From: Candidatus Dormiibacterota bacterium
Lineage (GTDB): Bacteria > Chloroflexota > Dormibacteria > Aeolococcales > Aeolococcaceae
Length of the DNA: 64,000 nt
Direction: 5' to 3'
Assembly (NCBI GenBank): GCA_035552595.1
Contig: DASZKZ010000083.1
Span: 2,538 to 66,537, forward strand
How positions within the stretch are numbered: the first letter of the stretch is position 1; the number at the start of each line of letters is the position of its first letter. Made by a program: the position numbers and the translations under genes. Below are positions 1 through 9,518 of this stretch, piece after piece. The notes below the pieces were generated by a model, which was given only the letters and a program-made list of their open reading frames with translations, had not been told where the DNA came from and searched no databases.

Positions 1-94
1 TCACCCCCTTGAGGCGCACCTGCAGCACGGTGGCGCCCCCGGCCACCGCGCTCTCCGCAGCCTGGACGCTGTCGACCAGCGCGTGCACCCTCAC
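1..94 (-). CDS. thiE: Thiamine-phosphate synthase (ThiE/TenI family), 5' end only; continues past window start
   Basis: Reverse strand from GTG at 94 (GTGA overlap with thiM stop) reads VRVHALVDSVQAAESAVAGGATVLQVRLKGV. This resembles the ThiE/TenI N-terminus (LxxITD ... AxxGGxxxxQLRxK). It lies downstream of thiD-thiM. Only about 31 codons are visible. Confidence 0.5.
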   Translation of the reverse strand, partial: MRVHALVDSVQAAESAVAGGATVLQVRLKGV

Positions 95-906
95 CCGAGC
101 GTGACCCGGGCGCGCGAGTCGATCGTCTCCGGCAAGAGCGCGTAGAGGGCGTCGTAGAGGCCCACGTGGAAGCTTCCCGGCCCGCGGCTCTGGGTGGCGG
201 CGTCCTCGCCGGCGACGCCCAGCGCCACCAGCGCCTCCACCGCAGCGCGGAGTGGAGCGCCGTGGTTGACGGCGGCGAAACAGCCGGCCAGGGCGCTGGC
301 GATGCAGCCGGTGCCGGTGACCGTGGCCAGCATGGGGTGGCCGTTGGCGACGCGCAGCGTGGTGGTGCCGTCACTGACGGCGTCGACCGCTCCGGTGACG
401 GCCACCACGCAGCGCAGCTTGCGGGCGGCCATGCTCGCCAGCTCAGCGGCGTCCTGGCCAGTGCCCATCGACTCCACGCCGCGGATCTGGGCGCTCTGCC
501 CGGCGATGCTGGCGACCTCCGCCGCGTTGCCGCGCACAATCGCGATGTCCAGCTCGTCGAGGATGCGCTCCGCGCTGCGGGTGCGCAGCGAGGTCGCTCC
601 CGCGCCCACCGGGTCGAGGACCACGGGCACGCCGGCTCGGTTGGCGGCGTGGCCCGCGAGGATCATGGACGCCACCCAATCCAGGGTCAGGGTGCCGATG
701 TTGAGGACCAGCGCCCCGGCCACCGAAGCCATCTCCGCCACCTCCTCGGGGGCGTGCGCCATCACCGGCAGCGCGCCGATCGCCAGGGTGGCGTTGGCGG
801 TCTCGTTCATGACCACGAAGTTGGTGATCTGGTGCACCAGAGGGCGCTGCTCGCGGATGCGCTGCAGCGACGCCCCGGTGCCGATCGGGCTGTCGACGGG
901 TGTCAT
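91..906 (-). CDS. thiM: Hydroxyethylthiazole kinase
   Basis: Track ORF 91..1107(-) trimmed to ATG 906 (MTPVDSPIG...). The 67 upstream codons are an Arg-rich shadow, and 906 gives an ATGA overlap with the thiD stop. The body (LVHQITNFVVMNETANATLAIGALPVMA ... ATVTGTGC) is typical ThiM. Confidence 0.9.
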   Translation of the reverse strand: MTPVDSPIGTGASLQRIREQRPLVHQITNFVVMNETANATLAIGALPVMAHAPEEVAEMASVAGALVLNIGTLTLDWVASMILAGHAANRAGVPVVLDPVGAGATSLRTRSAERILDELDIAIVRGNAAEVASIAGQSAQIRGVESMGTGQDAAELASMAARKLRCVVAVTGAVDAVSDGTTTLRVANGHPMLATVTGTGCIASALAGCFAAVNHGAPLRAAVEALVALGVAGEDAATQSRGPGSFHVGLYDALYALLPETIDSRARVTLG

Positions 907-1721
907 GCGCTCCTCCGTGCGGTCAGCACCGGCGCGGGCCGCGCCCGTGTGCGGGTGTCGAGAACGTCCACCGGGCCCTCGCCCTCGCCGATGTCGACCA
1001 GCCCGGCGGCGACGGCACGCGAGGCCACCTCCGCAGCGGCGCCGGCGGCGTCGGGAAGCGCCCACCCCTGACCAAGCAGCGCGGTCAGCGTCGCGGAATG
1101 GGTGCACCCGGCGCCGTGGGTGGCGGCGATGTCGTGGCGCGGCACCGGGATCTCGAGATGATCGGTGCCGTCGAAGAGGTGGTCGACGGCCGGCTCGCCG
1201 TGGCCGCCGGTGATGATCACGGCCGCTGCTCCCATCGCGCAGATGCGCTCCGCGAGGTCGTGCCGCGACCCCCGCGCGCCGGTGAGCAGGCGCGCCTCGG
1301 GAAGGTTGGGGGTGACCACGCTGGCGAGCGGGAACAGCCTGCGCACCATCACCTCGACGGCATCCTCGCGCAACAGGCGCGCGCCGGAGCTGGCCACCAT
1401 GACCGGGTCCACCACCAGCGGGACGCGGCGTGCGGCCAGAGCCCCGGCCACCGTCTCGATGATCTCGGCGGAGAGGAGCATGCCCGTCTTGGCGGCATCG
1501 ACACCGATGTCGTCGAAGACAGCGTCCATCTGGGCCACGATGAAGCCCTCGGGGACCGGGTGGATGGCCGTGACCTCGCGGGTGTTCTGCGCGGTCAGCG
1601 CGACGATCACGGTGCTGCCGTGGCAGCCGGCGGCGGCAAAGGCGCGCAGGTCCGCCTGGATGCCCGCGCCTCCGCCCGAATCGGACGATGCGATGCTGAG
1701 AACGCGAGCGAGGCGACCCAT
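903..1721 (-). CDS. thiD: Hydroxymethylpyrimidine/phosphomethylpyrimidine kinase
   Basis: 272-aa ORF with VLSIASSDSGGGAGIQADLRAF, VVDPVMVASSG and THGAGCTHSA, all ThiD hallmarks. Immediately preceded by a TPP riboswitch. Confidence 0.9.
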   Translation of the reverse strand: MGRLARVLSIASSDSGGGAGIQADLRAFAAAGCHGSTVIVALTAQNTREVTAIHPVPEGFIVAQMDAVFDDIGVDAAKTGMLLSAEIIETVAGALAARRVPLVVDPVMVASSGARLLREDAVEVMVRRLFPLASVVTPNLPEARLLTGARGSRHDLAERICAMGAAAVIITGGHGEPAVDHLFDGTDHLEIPVPRHDIAATHGAGCTHSATLTALLGQGWALPDAAGAAAEVASRAVAAGLVDIGEGEGPVDVLDTRTRARPAPVLTARRSA

Positions 1722-1800
1722 CGGAACTCCCTACGCTGGCATGACCCAGATCAGGTTCGCGGGTGTGATCTCAGCCCCACGCGGGGCACCCCGGTGCCGT
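1722..1800 (-). promoter_or_regulatory. TPP (THI-box) riboswitch in thiD leader
   Basis: Reverse strand 1800->1722 reads ACGGCACCGGGGTGCCCCGCGTGGGGCTGAGATCACACCCGCGAACCTGATCTGGGTCATGCCAGCGTAGGGAGTTCCG, followed by the thiD ATG. The invariant blocks GGGGTGC, CTGAGA, ACCTGATCTGG-TCATGCCAGCG and TAGGGA are all present in the canonical order. Confidence 0.9.
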
Positions 1801-1838
1801 CAATCTACCACCGCCACCCCCATCGCGGTGGCGTGGGG

Positions 1839-2291
1839 TCAGCCAGCCCTGCTGCCGCTCTTCTCCGGCTGCGCGCCGTGGGCGACCGAGCGGAAACGGC
1901 GGACGATCTCGGGCAGCAGGTTGACGGCGATGATCGGATGGTCGATGAGGAACTGCCGGAAGCTGCCGTCGCCGAGCGTCAGGCAGCGCAGCCGGGTCGT
2001 CGCCTTGATGCTGGCGGTGCGCTCCTTGCCGTCGAGAGCCGCCACCTCGCCGAAGAAATCGCCGGGACCGAGGTGATGGACGACCTCGCCGTCGACGATC
2101 ACGTCCGCCTTGCCGTCCAGGATGATGAAGAAGTCCGGCCCGGAGAGCCCTTCGGTGAGGACGCCGTGGCCCTCGAGGTAGGTCGACTCGTCGAAGCGCT
2201 CGGCGGCCTCGCGGATCTGATCCTTGGACAGGCCGGCGAAGAGCGAGCTCTTCTCCAGCGCGGGGATGACGTTGTCACGCAGTGTGGTCAT
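1839..2291 (-). CDS. Stand-alone cyclic-nucleotide-binding domain protein (~150 aa)
   Basis: Trimmed to ATG 2291 (MTTLRDNVIPALEKSSLFAGLSKDQI...). Contains the phosphate-binding cassette FGEVAALDGKERTASIKA (FGE...R[ST]A). No HTH or other output domain follows. Confidence 0.8.
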   Translation of the reverse strand: MTTLRDNVIPALEKSSLFAGLSKDQIREAAERFDESTYLEGHGVLTEGLSGPDFFIILDGKADVIVDGEVVHHLGPGDFFGEVAALDGKERTASIKATTRLRCLTLGDGSFRQFLIDHPIIAVNLLPEIVRRFRSVAHGAQPEKSGSRAG

Positions 2292-2367
2292 GCCAGATCT
2301 CCCTCCAGCGGGGCACGTCCCCGGTGCGCCCAGTGTAGACGTCGGTACGGCGCGGGAGGCCGGTCGC

Positions 2368-3474
<1,107 letters not shown>

Positions 3475-3571
3475 GCTCTCTCCGTTACCGGTCCCAATCC
3501 CGCCACCTGGCGTTTCCCTCTCCACGTAGATCCTACGCGCAACCGGCCATTCCGGCGTCGGCTGTCAGCGT

Positions 3572-4063
3572 TCAGTGACAGCGCTCGTGCTCGAGAAGGC
3601 TCTGCTTGGTGGCCAATCCGTAGTAGTACCCGCCCAGGCCGCCGTCGCTGCGGACCACACGATGGCAGGGAACGAAGAGGCAGACGGCGTTGCGCGCGCA
3701 GGCGGAACCGGCGGCTCGCACCGCCCGGGGCGCACCGGCGCGCGCGGCCAGCTCGCTGTAGCTGACCGTCGTGCCCGGCGCGATGGTGCGCATCTCCCGC
3801 CACACGGCGGTGTGGAAGGGGCCGCCCTGCTGGCGCACGTCGACGCGGTCGAGGGCATGCACGTCGCCGCCGAAATAGTCGCGCAGCGCTGAGGCCGCGG
3901 TGGTTTCCCGGCGCTCCACGCGCTCGCCGCGCAGCGACGCGGGCAGGCGATCGCGCAGCTCGTCGATGTCGTCTCCGAACGCGGCGACATGGAGGCAGTC
4001 GGCGGTGCCGAGCAGCGACATCTGCCCGAGCGGGGTGGCGACGGTGGTGGCGAAGAGGGTCAT
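3572..4063 (-). CDS. ogt: Methylated-DNA--protein-cysteine methyltransferase
   Basis: Active-site PCHRVV motif plus NAVCLFVPCHRVVRSDGGLGGY. Start ATG 4063 overlaps the stop of the upstream ada-alkA gene (ATGA). Confidence 0.9.
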   Translation of the reverse strand: MTLFATTVATPLGQMSLLGTADCLHVAAFGDDIDELRDRLPASLRGERVERRETTAASALRDYFGGDVHALDRVDVRQQGGPFHTAVWREMRTIAPGTTVSYSELAARAGAPRAVRAAGSACARNAVCLFVPCHRVVRSDGGLGGYYYGLATKQSLLEHERCH

Positions 4064-5517
4064 GTGTGTGTCTCCATGGTGGTGGGCTGCTGCCAGAGAT
4101 GGACTGTCGCGTAGGCGCGCCACGGTCGCCAGCGCTCGGCACGGGCGCTCAGCTCGCGGGCGCCTCCGCCCCCGGCGCGCGCGAAGGCATGGCCGAGACC
4201 GAGGTCACCGGCGGGGAACGCGTCGGGATCACGCAGCCCGCGCAGGGCGACGTACGTCGCCGTCCACTCGCCGATGCCGCGGATGGACAGCAGCGCCGCC
4301 CGGGCCGCGCCACCGTCAGCGCCGGGGCCGAGGTCGACCTCCCCCGCCGCCAGCGCGGTGGTGAGCCGGCGCAGCGTGGCGGCGCGCTCCCCGGTGAGCC
4401 CGAGCCCATCGAGGTCGGCCTCGGCGATCAGCGTCGCCGACGGGAAGAGCCGGTCGACGTTGTGGCGGGGATGGCGCAGCGGTGTGCCCAGCTGCTCGGT
4501 GAGCCGGGCGGCCAGCGCGGTGGCCCGAGCCACCGACACCTGCTGGCCGAGAACGGCGCGGACAGCGATCTCCTCGGCGTCCGCGCAGCCGGGCACGCGC
4601 AGGCCCGGCCGGGCCGAGACCAGCGGCGTCAGCAGCGGATCGGCGCAGAGCACGGCGGCGATCGACCCCGGATCGGCGTCGACATCGAAGAGGCGACGGC
4701 AGCGATCCACGGCCGCGCCCAGGTCGCGGACGTCGTCGAGCCACAGCCGCACCAGCAGCTGCGTGGACTGGGGCTCGAGCTCGACCACCGCCGCTCCGTG
4801 GGGCAGCGAGAGGGCGCGAGTCAGCGTGGTGGCGGTGCAGACCTCGACGCCGCGGACGGCCCGCGCCGCGAAGAACGCCAGCAGGGCGGCCCCGTCGAAG
4901 GGCGGCCGGACCCCGAGGCGGAGAACGATGGCGCCCTCCCCGTCGTGCCCGGAGGCGCCGCGACGGCGCAGCTCGGTCGGGGGGCGGCCGGTGCCCGACC
5001 TCACCTCGCTGTTGAACTGGCGCAGTGATGCGTACCCGGCGCTGAAGGCGACGTCGGTGATGGGCATCCCCGTCTGCTCGATGAGGGTGCGCGCGGTCTG
5101 CAGACGGCGCATCCGCGCCAGCGTCAGCGGTCCCGCCCCGACCGTCCCCGAGAGGACGCGGTGGAGATGTCGCTCGCTGACCTGGAGACGGCGGGCCACG
5201 GCCGCCACCCCGGCCCCGCCATCCGCCGCTCCCGAGGCGATCAGGCGCAGGGCACGGTCGGCGAGGCGATCGCCGGCGGCGGGCTGCAGCGAGCCCGGGG
5301 CGAGGTGGGGACGGCAGCGCAGGCAGGCTCGGAAGCCCGCGGCCTCGGCGGCGGCGGCCGTGGCGTAGAAGCGCACGTTGGCGCTCTTCGGCGTCTGCGC
5401 CGGGCAGACCGGGCGGCAGTAGATTCCCGTGCTGGTGACCGCCGTGAAGAACCTGCCGTCGAAGCGGGCGTCGCGGCTGGTGATCGCCCGGTAACAGGCC
5501 TGGAAGTCGTCGTGCAT
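4060..5517 (-). CDS. alkA: Ada N-terminal (Zn methylphosphotriester/AraC HTH) fused to AlkA-type DNA-3-methyladenine glycosylase II
   Basis: The N-terminus CYRAITSRDARFDGRFFTAVTSTGIYCRPVCPA ... ACLRCRP is the Ada Cys4 Zn domain. The middle region is AraC-type HTH. The C-terminal half has an HhH-GPD-like region (SIRGIGEWTATYVALRGL..PDAFPAGD). Same fusion and neighbour as M. tuberculosis Rv1317c/Rv1316c. Confidence 0.85.
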   Translation of the reverse strand: MHDDFQACYRAITSRDARFDGRFFTAVTSTGIYCRPVCPAQTPKSANVRFYATAAAAEAAGFRACLRCRPHLAPGSLQPAAGDRLADRALRLIASGAADGGAGVAAVARRLQVSERHLHRVLSGTVGAGPLTLARMRRLQTARTLIEQTGMPITDVAFSAGYASLRQFNSEVRSGTGRPPTELRRRGASGHDGEGAIVLRLGVRPPFDGAALLAFFAARAVRGVEVCTATTLTRALSLPHGAAVVELEPQSTQLLVRLWLDDVRDLGAAVDRCRRLFDVDADPGSIAAVLCADPLLTPLVSARPGLRVPGCADAEEIAVRAVLGQQVSVARATALAARLTEQLGTPLRHPRHNVDRLFPSATLIAEADLDGLGLTGERAATLRRLTTALAAGEVDLGPGADGGAARAALLSIRGIGEWTATYVALRGLRDPDAFPAGDLGLGHAFARAGGGGARELSARAERWRPWRAYATVHLWQQPTTMETHT

Positions 5518-5575
5518 GAGCGCAGCATGGCGGCCCGCTGGTGGCGTCCGCTGGCGGTTTTCGGACCAACCGTGG

Positions 5576-6541
5576 TCAGATGGTGAGGACGACCTTGCCG
5601 GTGGCGCGGCGCTCGTCGATGAGGCGCAGGGCTGCGACCGCGTCGTCGAGGGCGAAGCTGGCTCCCACCACCGGCGCGACCAGGCCGCTCTCGATCATCG
5701 GTGCGAGCCCGTCGGCGGTGGTGGCGAAGAGACCGGGGTCGTCGCGCAACCATGCCCCCCAGGCGGCACCGACAACGGAGATGTTGCGCAGCAGCAGGCG
5801 ATTGGCCGCCACCGTGGGGATCCGCCCCTCCGTGAACCCGACCACCACCAGGCGCCCGCCGGGAGCCAGGCAGCGCAGGCTCTCGTCGAAGCGGTCGCCG
5901 CCGACGGGGTCGACGATGGCGTCGGCGCCCCGTCCCTCGTTGAGCGCGCGGAGCGCGGCAGGCCAGTCACCGTCGGTGACGACCACCGCCTGAGCCCCGG
6001 CGCGGTGGGCGATCTCCGCCTTCTCGGGGCTGCTGGTCACGGCCACGACCTCGGCGCCGAGGGCTCGCGCCACCTGGAGGAAGGCTGTGCCCAGACCACC
6101 CGCGGCGCCGTGCACCACCACCGTCTCACCGGGCCGCAGGCCGGCGCGTCGGGTCAGGGCGAAGTGCGCCGTGTGGTAGTTGAGGATGAAGCCGCCACCC
6201 TGCTCGAAGCTGAACTGCGCCGGCAGCGGCCGGGTCAGGGCGGCGGGGGCCACGGCGATCTCCGCGAAGCCTCCGAGCATGGTGACCGCCATGACCCGGT
6301 CACCGGCCGCGAACCCGCTCTGCTCCGGCGCGTCACGCACCGTCCCGGCCACCTCCACGCCGGGGACGAAGGGCAGATCCGGCTTCATCTGGTAGAGCCC
6401 GCGGCTCATCAGGACCTCGGGAAAGCTGACCCCGGCCGCCGCCACATCGATGAGCACCTGGCCGTCACCCCGGGGCGCGGGCACCTCGGCGGGGCGCAGC
6501 CCCTCGGGGCCGTCGAGCGATTCGAACCGTTGCGCGCGCAT
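5576..6541 (-). CDS. NADPH:quinone oxidoreductase / zeta-crystallin-type MDR
   Basis: Carries PFVPGVEVAGTV, VVVHGAAGGLGTAFLQVA (Rossmann) and GKVVL at the C-terminus. Start uncertain: ATG 6541 preferred, GTG 6559 possible. Confidence 0.85.
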   Translation of the reverse strand: MRAQRFESLDGPEGLRPAEVPAPRGDGQVLIDVAAAGVSFPEVLMSRGLYQMKPDLPFVPGVEVAGTVRDAPEQSGFAAGDRVMAVTMLGGFAEIAVAPAALTRPLPAQFSFEQGGGFILNYHTAHFALTRRAGLRPGETVVVHGAAGGLGTAFLQVARALGAEVVAVTSSPEKAEIAHRAGAQAVVVTDGDWPAALRALNEGRGADAIVDPVGGDRFDESLRCLAPGGRLVVVGFTEGRIPTVAANRLLLRNISVVGAAWGAWLRDDPGLFATTADGLAPMIESGLVAPVVGASFALDDAVAALRLIDERRATGKVVLTI

Positions 6542-6575
6542 CGGCGGGGATGATCGCACGCGGCGCCGGGCTGCC

Positions 6576-7133
6576 TCAGCCCGGCGAATAGCTGATCACC
6601 GTGCCCGCGGCGCTGGTCAGGACCAGCGCGGTCCGCGGGGTGCAGAGGTAGGCGTCATTGGCGGACCCCGGGTGCTGGCTCTGCACCGGGCTGCCGTTCC
6701 GGTACAGGGTGACGGTGACGCTGTTGGGCCGGTCGAGCGCGATGGTGACCTTGCCCGCTGCGCTGGTGATGGTGCCGGTGCCGCTGCCCGTCTGGGCGAG
6801 CTCGTAGGTGGTGCCGTCGAGCGCGGCTCCGGTGACCGGAGCGGTGGCGCTGTCGTCGCTGTGGACGGCTCCCGTGGCGGCGACGGTGAGCACCTCGCCG
6901 GCTCCGCCGCGCAGGGCCACGCCGGCCCCCCCGACGGTGAGCCTGCCGCTGATGGCGACGCTCTTCCACGTGCCCACCAGGCACGGGTCCAACCCCGATG
7001 GCCCGTTGACCACCGCCGTCGCGGTGGGGCTGGGAGTGGCGAGGGCCACCGCTGTGGGCGCCGTCGAGCCACAGGCGCAGACGGCGAATGCCAGCGCCGC
7101 GCCGGCGATCCGCGTGGCCCTGGGTCGCGCCAT
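6576..7133 (-). CDS. Predicted lipoprotein, unknown function
   Basis: Trimmed to ATG 7133. Signal peptide plus lipobox (AFAVCACGS), then a Thr/Gly/Ala-rich beta-type body with two further Cys. No recognised catalytic motif. Confidence 0.6.
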   Translation of the reverse strand: MARPRATRIAGAALAFAVCACGSTAPTAVALATPSPTATAVVNGPSGLDPCLVGTWKSVAISGRLTVGGAGVALRGGAGEVLTVAATGAVHSDDSATAPVTGAALDGTTYELAQTGSGTGTITSAAGKVTIALDRPNSVTVTLYRNGSPVQSQHPGSANDAYLCTPRTALVLTSAAGTVISYSPG

Positions 7134-7215
7134 CCCGGCCTGCCTCCGATGATCGTGGTCTCCGCCGTCCATCGTCGCAGGCCGCCACCCGTGGCCACCT
7201 CGCCGCCGCGCCGGG

Positions 7216-7656
7216 TCAGCGACGCTGGTTGAGGAGCAGCTGCAGCAGGGCCCAGGCCGAGAGCGACACCACCATCCAGGCGACCACCCCGAGGAGGAGA
7301 CCGAGCGCGGGATGCCCCGCCAGGAGCAGCGCGGCGGCGACGGCGAAGCCCACCATGCCCAGTGCCCCCGCCACCGCCCCCCAGGCGTCGGCGTCGGCGG
7401 GATCGCGCCCGTCGCGTTTCTGGAGAAGGGTGAGGGCGGCGGGAAGGATCGCCGGGAAGGCCAGGAAGAGGCCGCCGACGTGGGGGCCGGCCAGCTTGCC
7501 GATGACCGCGGCGACGACGCTGACCCCGAAGCCGAACGCGAAGCGCATCGCCGTCTCGCCGGGCTTGACCGACACCGCCGACGTGTCCAGGCCGGGGCGG
7601 TCGCGGGTCGTCGACGGCGCGCTGGGCGGCAGGACGTGGAACGGCCCTCGCGTCAT
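7216..7656 (-). CDS. DUF3147-like small membrane protein (second of a pair)
   Basis: Hydrophobic core FGFGVSVVAAVIGKLAGPHVGGLFLAFPAILPAALTLL. ATG 7656 gives an ATGA overlap with the upstream paralogue, and the N-terminal 36 codons have almost pure G/C third positions, supporting coding. Alternative start ATG 7548. Confidence 0.6.
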   Translation of the reverse strand: MTRGPFHVLPPSAPSTTRDRPGLDTSAVSVKPGETAMRFAFGFGVSVVAAVIGKLAGPHVGGLFLAFPAILPAALTLLQKRDGRDPADADAWGAVAGALGMVGFAVAAALLLAGHPALGLLLGVVAWMVVSLSAWALLQLLLNQRR

Positions 7657-8000
7657 CGCAGCGCCACCACATACCCTGCCGCCGCCAGCGCGAACCACAC
7701 CCCCAGCGTGATCGCCGACGCCTCCAGTGATCCCAGCCTCTTGAGCAGGCTGGCGTCGGTGATGCAGTACCCCAGCATGGCGGTCGACCCCGCCACCATC
7801 CCGGCGGCGAACGCGGCCGCCCGGGTGGCACCGTCGCTGAGCAGGGTCACCGCCAGGCTGGCGGCGGCGATGGTCGGAGCGGCGCCGAAGACGCCGGCGA
7901 GGGTCTTGGGCTTGACCGCCTGGGCGACCACGCTGAAGACCACCACAAGGGTGCCGGCCACCAGGCCCTTGAGGATGATGATGAGGACGTCGGCCACCAC
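7653..8000 (-). CDS. DUF3147-like small membrane protein (first of a pair)
   Basis: 115-aa ORF with 3-4 predicted TM helices (ILKGLVAGTLVVVFSVVAQAV ... AGVFGAAPTIAAASLAVTLL). Paralogous to the next gene. Confidence 0.6.
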   Translation of the reverse strand: MVADVLIIILKGLVAGTLVVVFSVVAQAVKPKTLAGVFGAAPTIAAASLAVTLLSDGATRAAAFAAGMVAGSTAMLGYCITDASLLKRLGSLEASAITLGVWFALAAAGYVVALR

Positions 8001-8143
8001 CGATTAATAGCGTATTCCTACCACTAGAATGTCACTTGATCGCACATCGGTGCTGTCGGCATGGGGGGCCGCGCGGGTGCCGGTTGCGCGACAATCAGAG
8101 GTCAGCCCCGACCATCTCGGCCGCCGAGGAGGAGCGCAGCAAA

Positions 8144-8575
8144 ATGACGATGGACATGACCCCGACCGCCGTCGGAACCGAGGTTCCCCCGCGCAGTGCG
8201 TCCTTCGAGGAGAAGATGGCGTACTACCGCTCTCAGCACACCACCACGGGGGTGCGGGCCACCCACCTGGTGGGCATCCCCGCTGTCGCCGCCGCCCTCC
8301 CGCTGGTGGCCGCCCGGCCCCGCGTGGGCGTGCCCCTGTTCCTGGCCGGCTGGACGCTCCAGGTCATCGGCCACCGCGTCTTCGAGAAGAACAGTCCGGC
8401 ACTGACCAAGGGTCTGTTCACCTACCAGTTCTGCGGGCTCGCCTTCTGGTGCGAGGAGATGGCCGACCTCATCGCCGGGCGCTCACCCTTCGCCGGGGCA
8501 CCGGACTCGCTCGATCGGCGCGAGAACGGCGAGGTCGCGGGGATCCCCATCGGGGACTACGCCCAGGTCCGCTGA
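8144..8575 (+). CDS. DUF962 / Mpo1-like membrane protein
   Basis: ATG 8144 is preceded by GAGGAGGAG. Body reads YYRSQHTTTGVRATHLVGIPAV ... GWTLQVIGHRVFEKNSPALTKG, the His-rich DUF962 pattern. Confidence 0.7.
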   Translation: MTMDMTPTAVGTEVPPRSASFEEKMAYYRSQHTTTGVRATHLVGIPAVAAALPLVAARPRVGVPLFLAGWTLQVIGHRVFEKNSPALTKGLFTYQFCGLAFWCEEMADLIAGRSPFAGAPDSLDRRENGEVAGIPIGDYAQVR

Positions 8576-8593
8576 GCCTGTCCGGCGGCGCGC

Positions 8594-9475
8594 TCAGTGC
8601 AGGGCGATCAGGGCCACGGCCACCGCCGCGACCACCAGACCGCCTGCCTGCTGGCGAGCCAGACGCTCTCCGAGCACGCCGCGCGCGAGCAGCAGGGTGG
8701 ACGCCGGGTACAGGGAGCTGATCACCGCCACCAGGGCGAGCAGCCCGTGGTGGGTGGCCAGCACGTACGCCAGGTTGGCGGCGAAGTCGGTGACCCCTGC
8801 GATGGCCGCCAGGGCCAGGGTGCGGCCCCGCGGCAGGATGGGTGATGCCCGCACCGCCGTCGCCGCCGACACGGCAAGCAGGATGAGCACCGATGCGGCG
8901 CGCTGCGGCACCAGCGGCCAGGCTCCCCCGCCGGCGCTGGTCTGGGCCAGCAGCACGAAGAAGCCGCCGAAGCCGATCCCGGCGGACAGCGCGGACACCA
9001 CGGCGCCGCGGCTGAGCGGGGCGGAGCCGCGGTGGGCGCGACCTCCGCTCTCCGGCTCGGGGCGGCGGCGGGGTTCGCGACCGAGCAGCACCATCGCCGG
9101 GATGGCCAGGGCGACCCCGACCACGGCGAGGGTTCCAGGGCGCTCGCCTCGGATCGTGCCCACGGCCACGGGCACGAGCGCGCTCAAGACGGCGGTCAGC
9201 GGTGCCACCACCGACATCGGACCGATCGCCAGGCCGCGGTAGAGCAGGACCACCCCGAGCAGGCCGACGATGCCGGCCGCGGCACCCCAGGCCATGTCCC
9301 CCGCCGTGAACGTCGACCCGGGAAGAAGCCCCACCGCGAGCAGAGCCAGCAGGAGGCTCAGGCCGTTGCTGACCAGCACCACCGCGGTCGCCGCCACCCG
9401 CCGCGCCGCCAGCCCGCCGCTGAAGTCGCTGACGCCATAGCAGACCGCCGAGACCAGGGCGAGCAGAGCAGCCAT
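8594..9475 (-). CDS. EamA/DMT-family transporter
   Basis: Trimmed to ATG 9475 (MAALLALVSAVCYGVSDFSGG...). About ten hydrophobic segments with a duplicated EamA-like organisation. Confidence 0.8.
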   Translation of the reverse strand: MAALLALVSAVCYGVSDFSGGLAARRVAATAVVLVSNGLSLLLALLAVGLLPGSTFTAGDMAWGAAAGIVGLLGVVLLYRGLAIGPMSVVAPLTAVLSALVPVAVGTIRGERPGTLAVVGVALAIPAMVLLGREPRRRPEPESGGRAHRGSAPLSRGAVVSALSAGIGFGGFFVLLAQTSAGGGAWPLVPQRAASVLILLAVSAATAVRASPILPRGRTLALAAIAGVTDFAANLAYVLATHHGLLALVAVISSLYPASTLLLARGVLGERLARQQAGGLVVAAVAVALIALH

Positions 9476-9518
9476 GGCGGCCGACTCTGCACGGTGCGGC
9501 GGCCACGACGCCGCCCCA

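Noticed and set aside
8036-8143. TTG 8036, 5 nt after the TAGAAT box, as a leaderless start extending the DUF962 protein by 36 aa.
   Set aside because: The extension (MIAHRCCRHGGPRGCRLRDNQ...) is Cys/Arg-rich and unlike the family N-terminus. ATG 8144 has a strong GAGGAGGAG SD. Leaderless use of 8036 remains possible but is unsupported.
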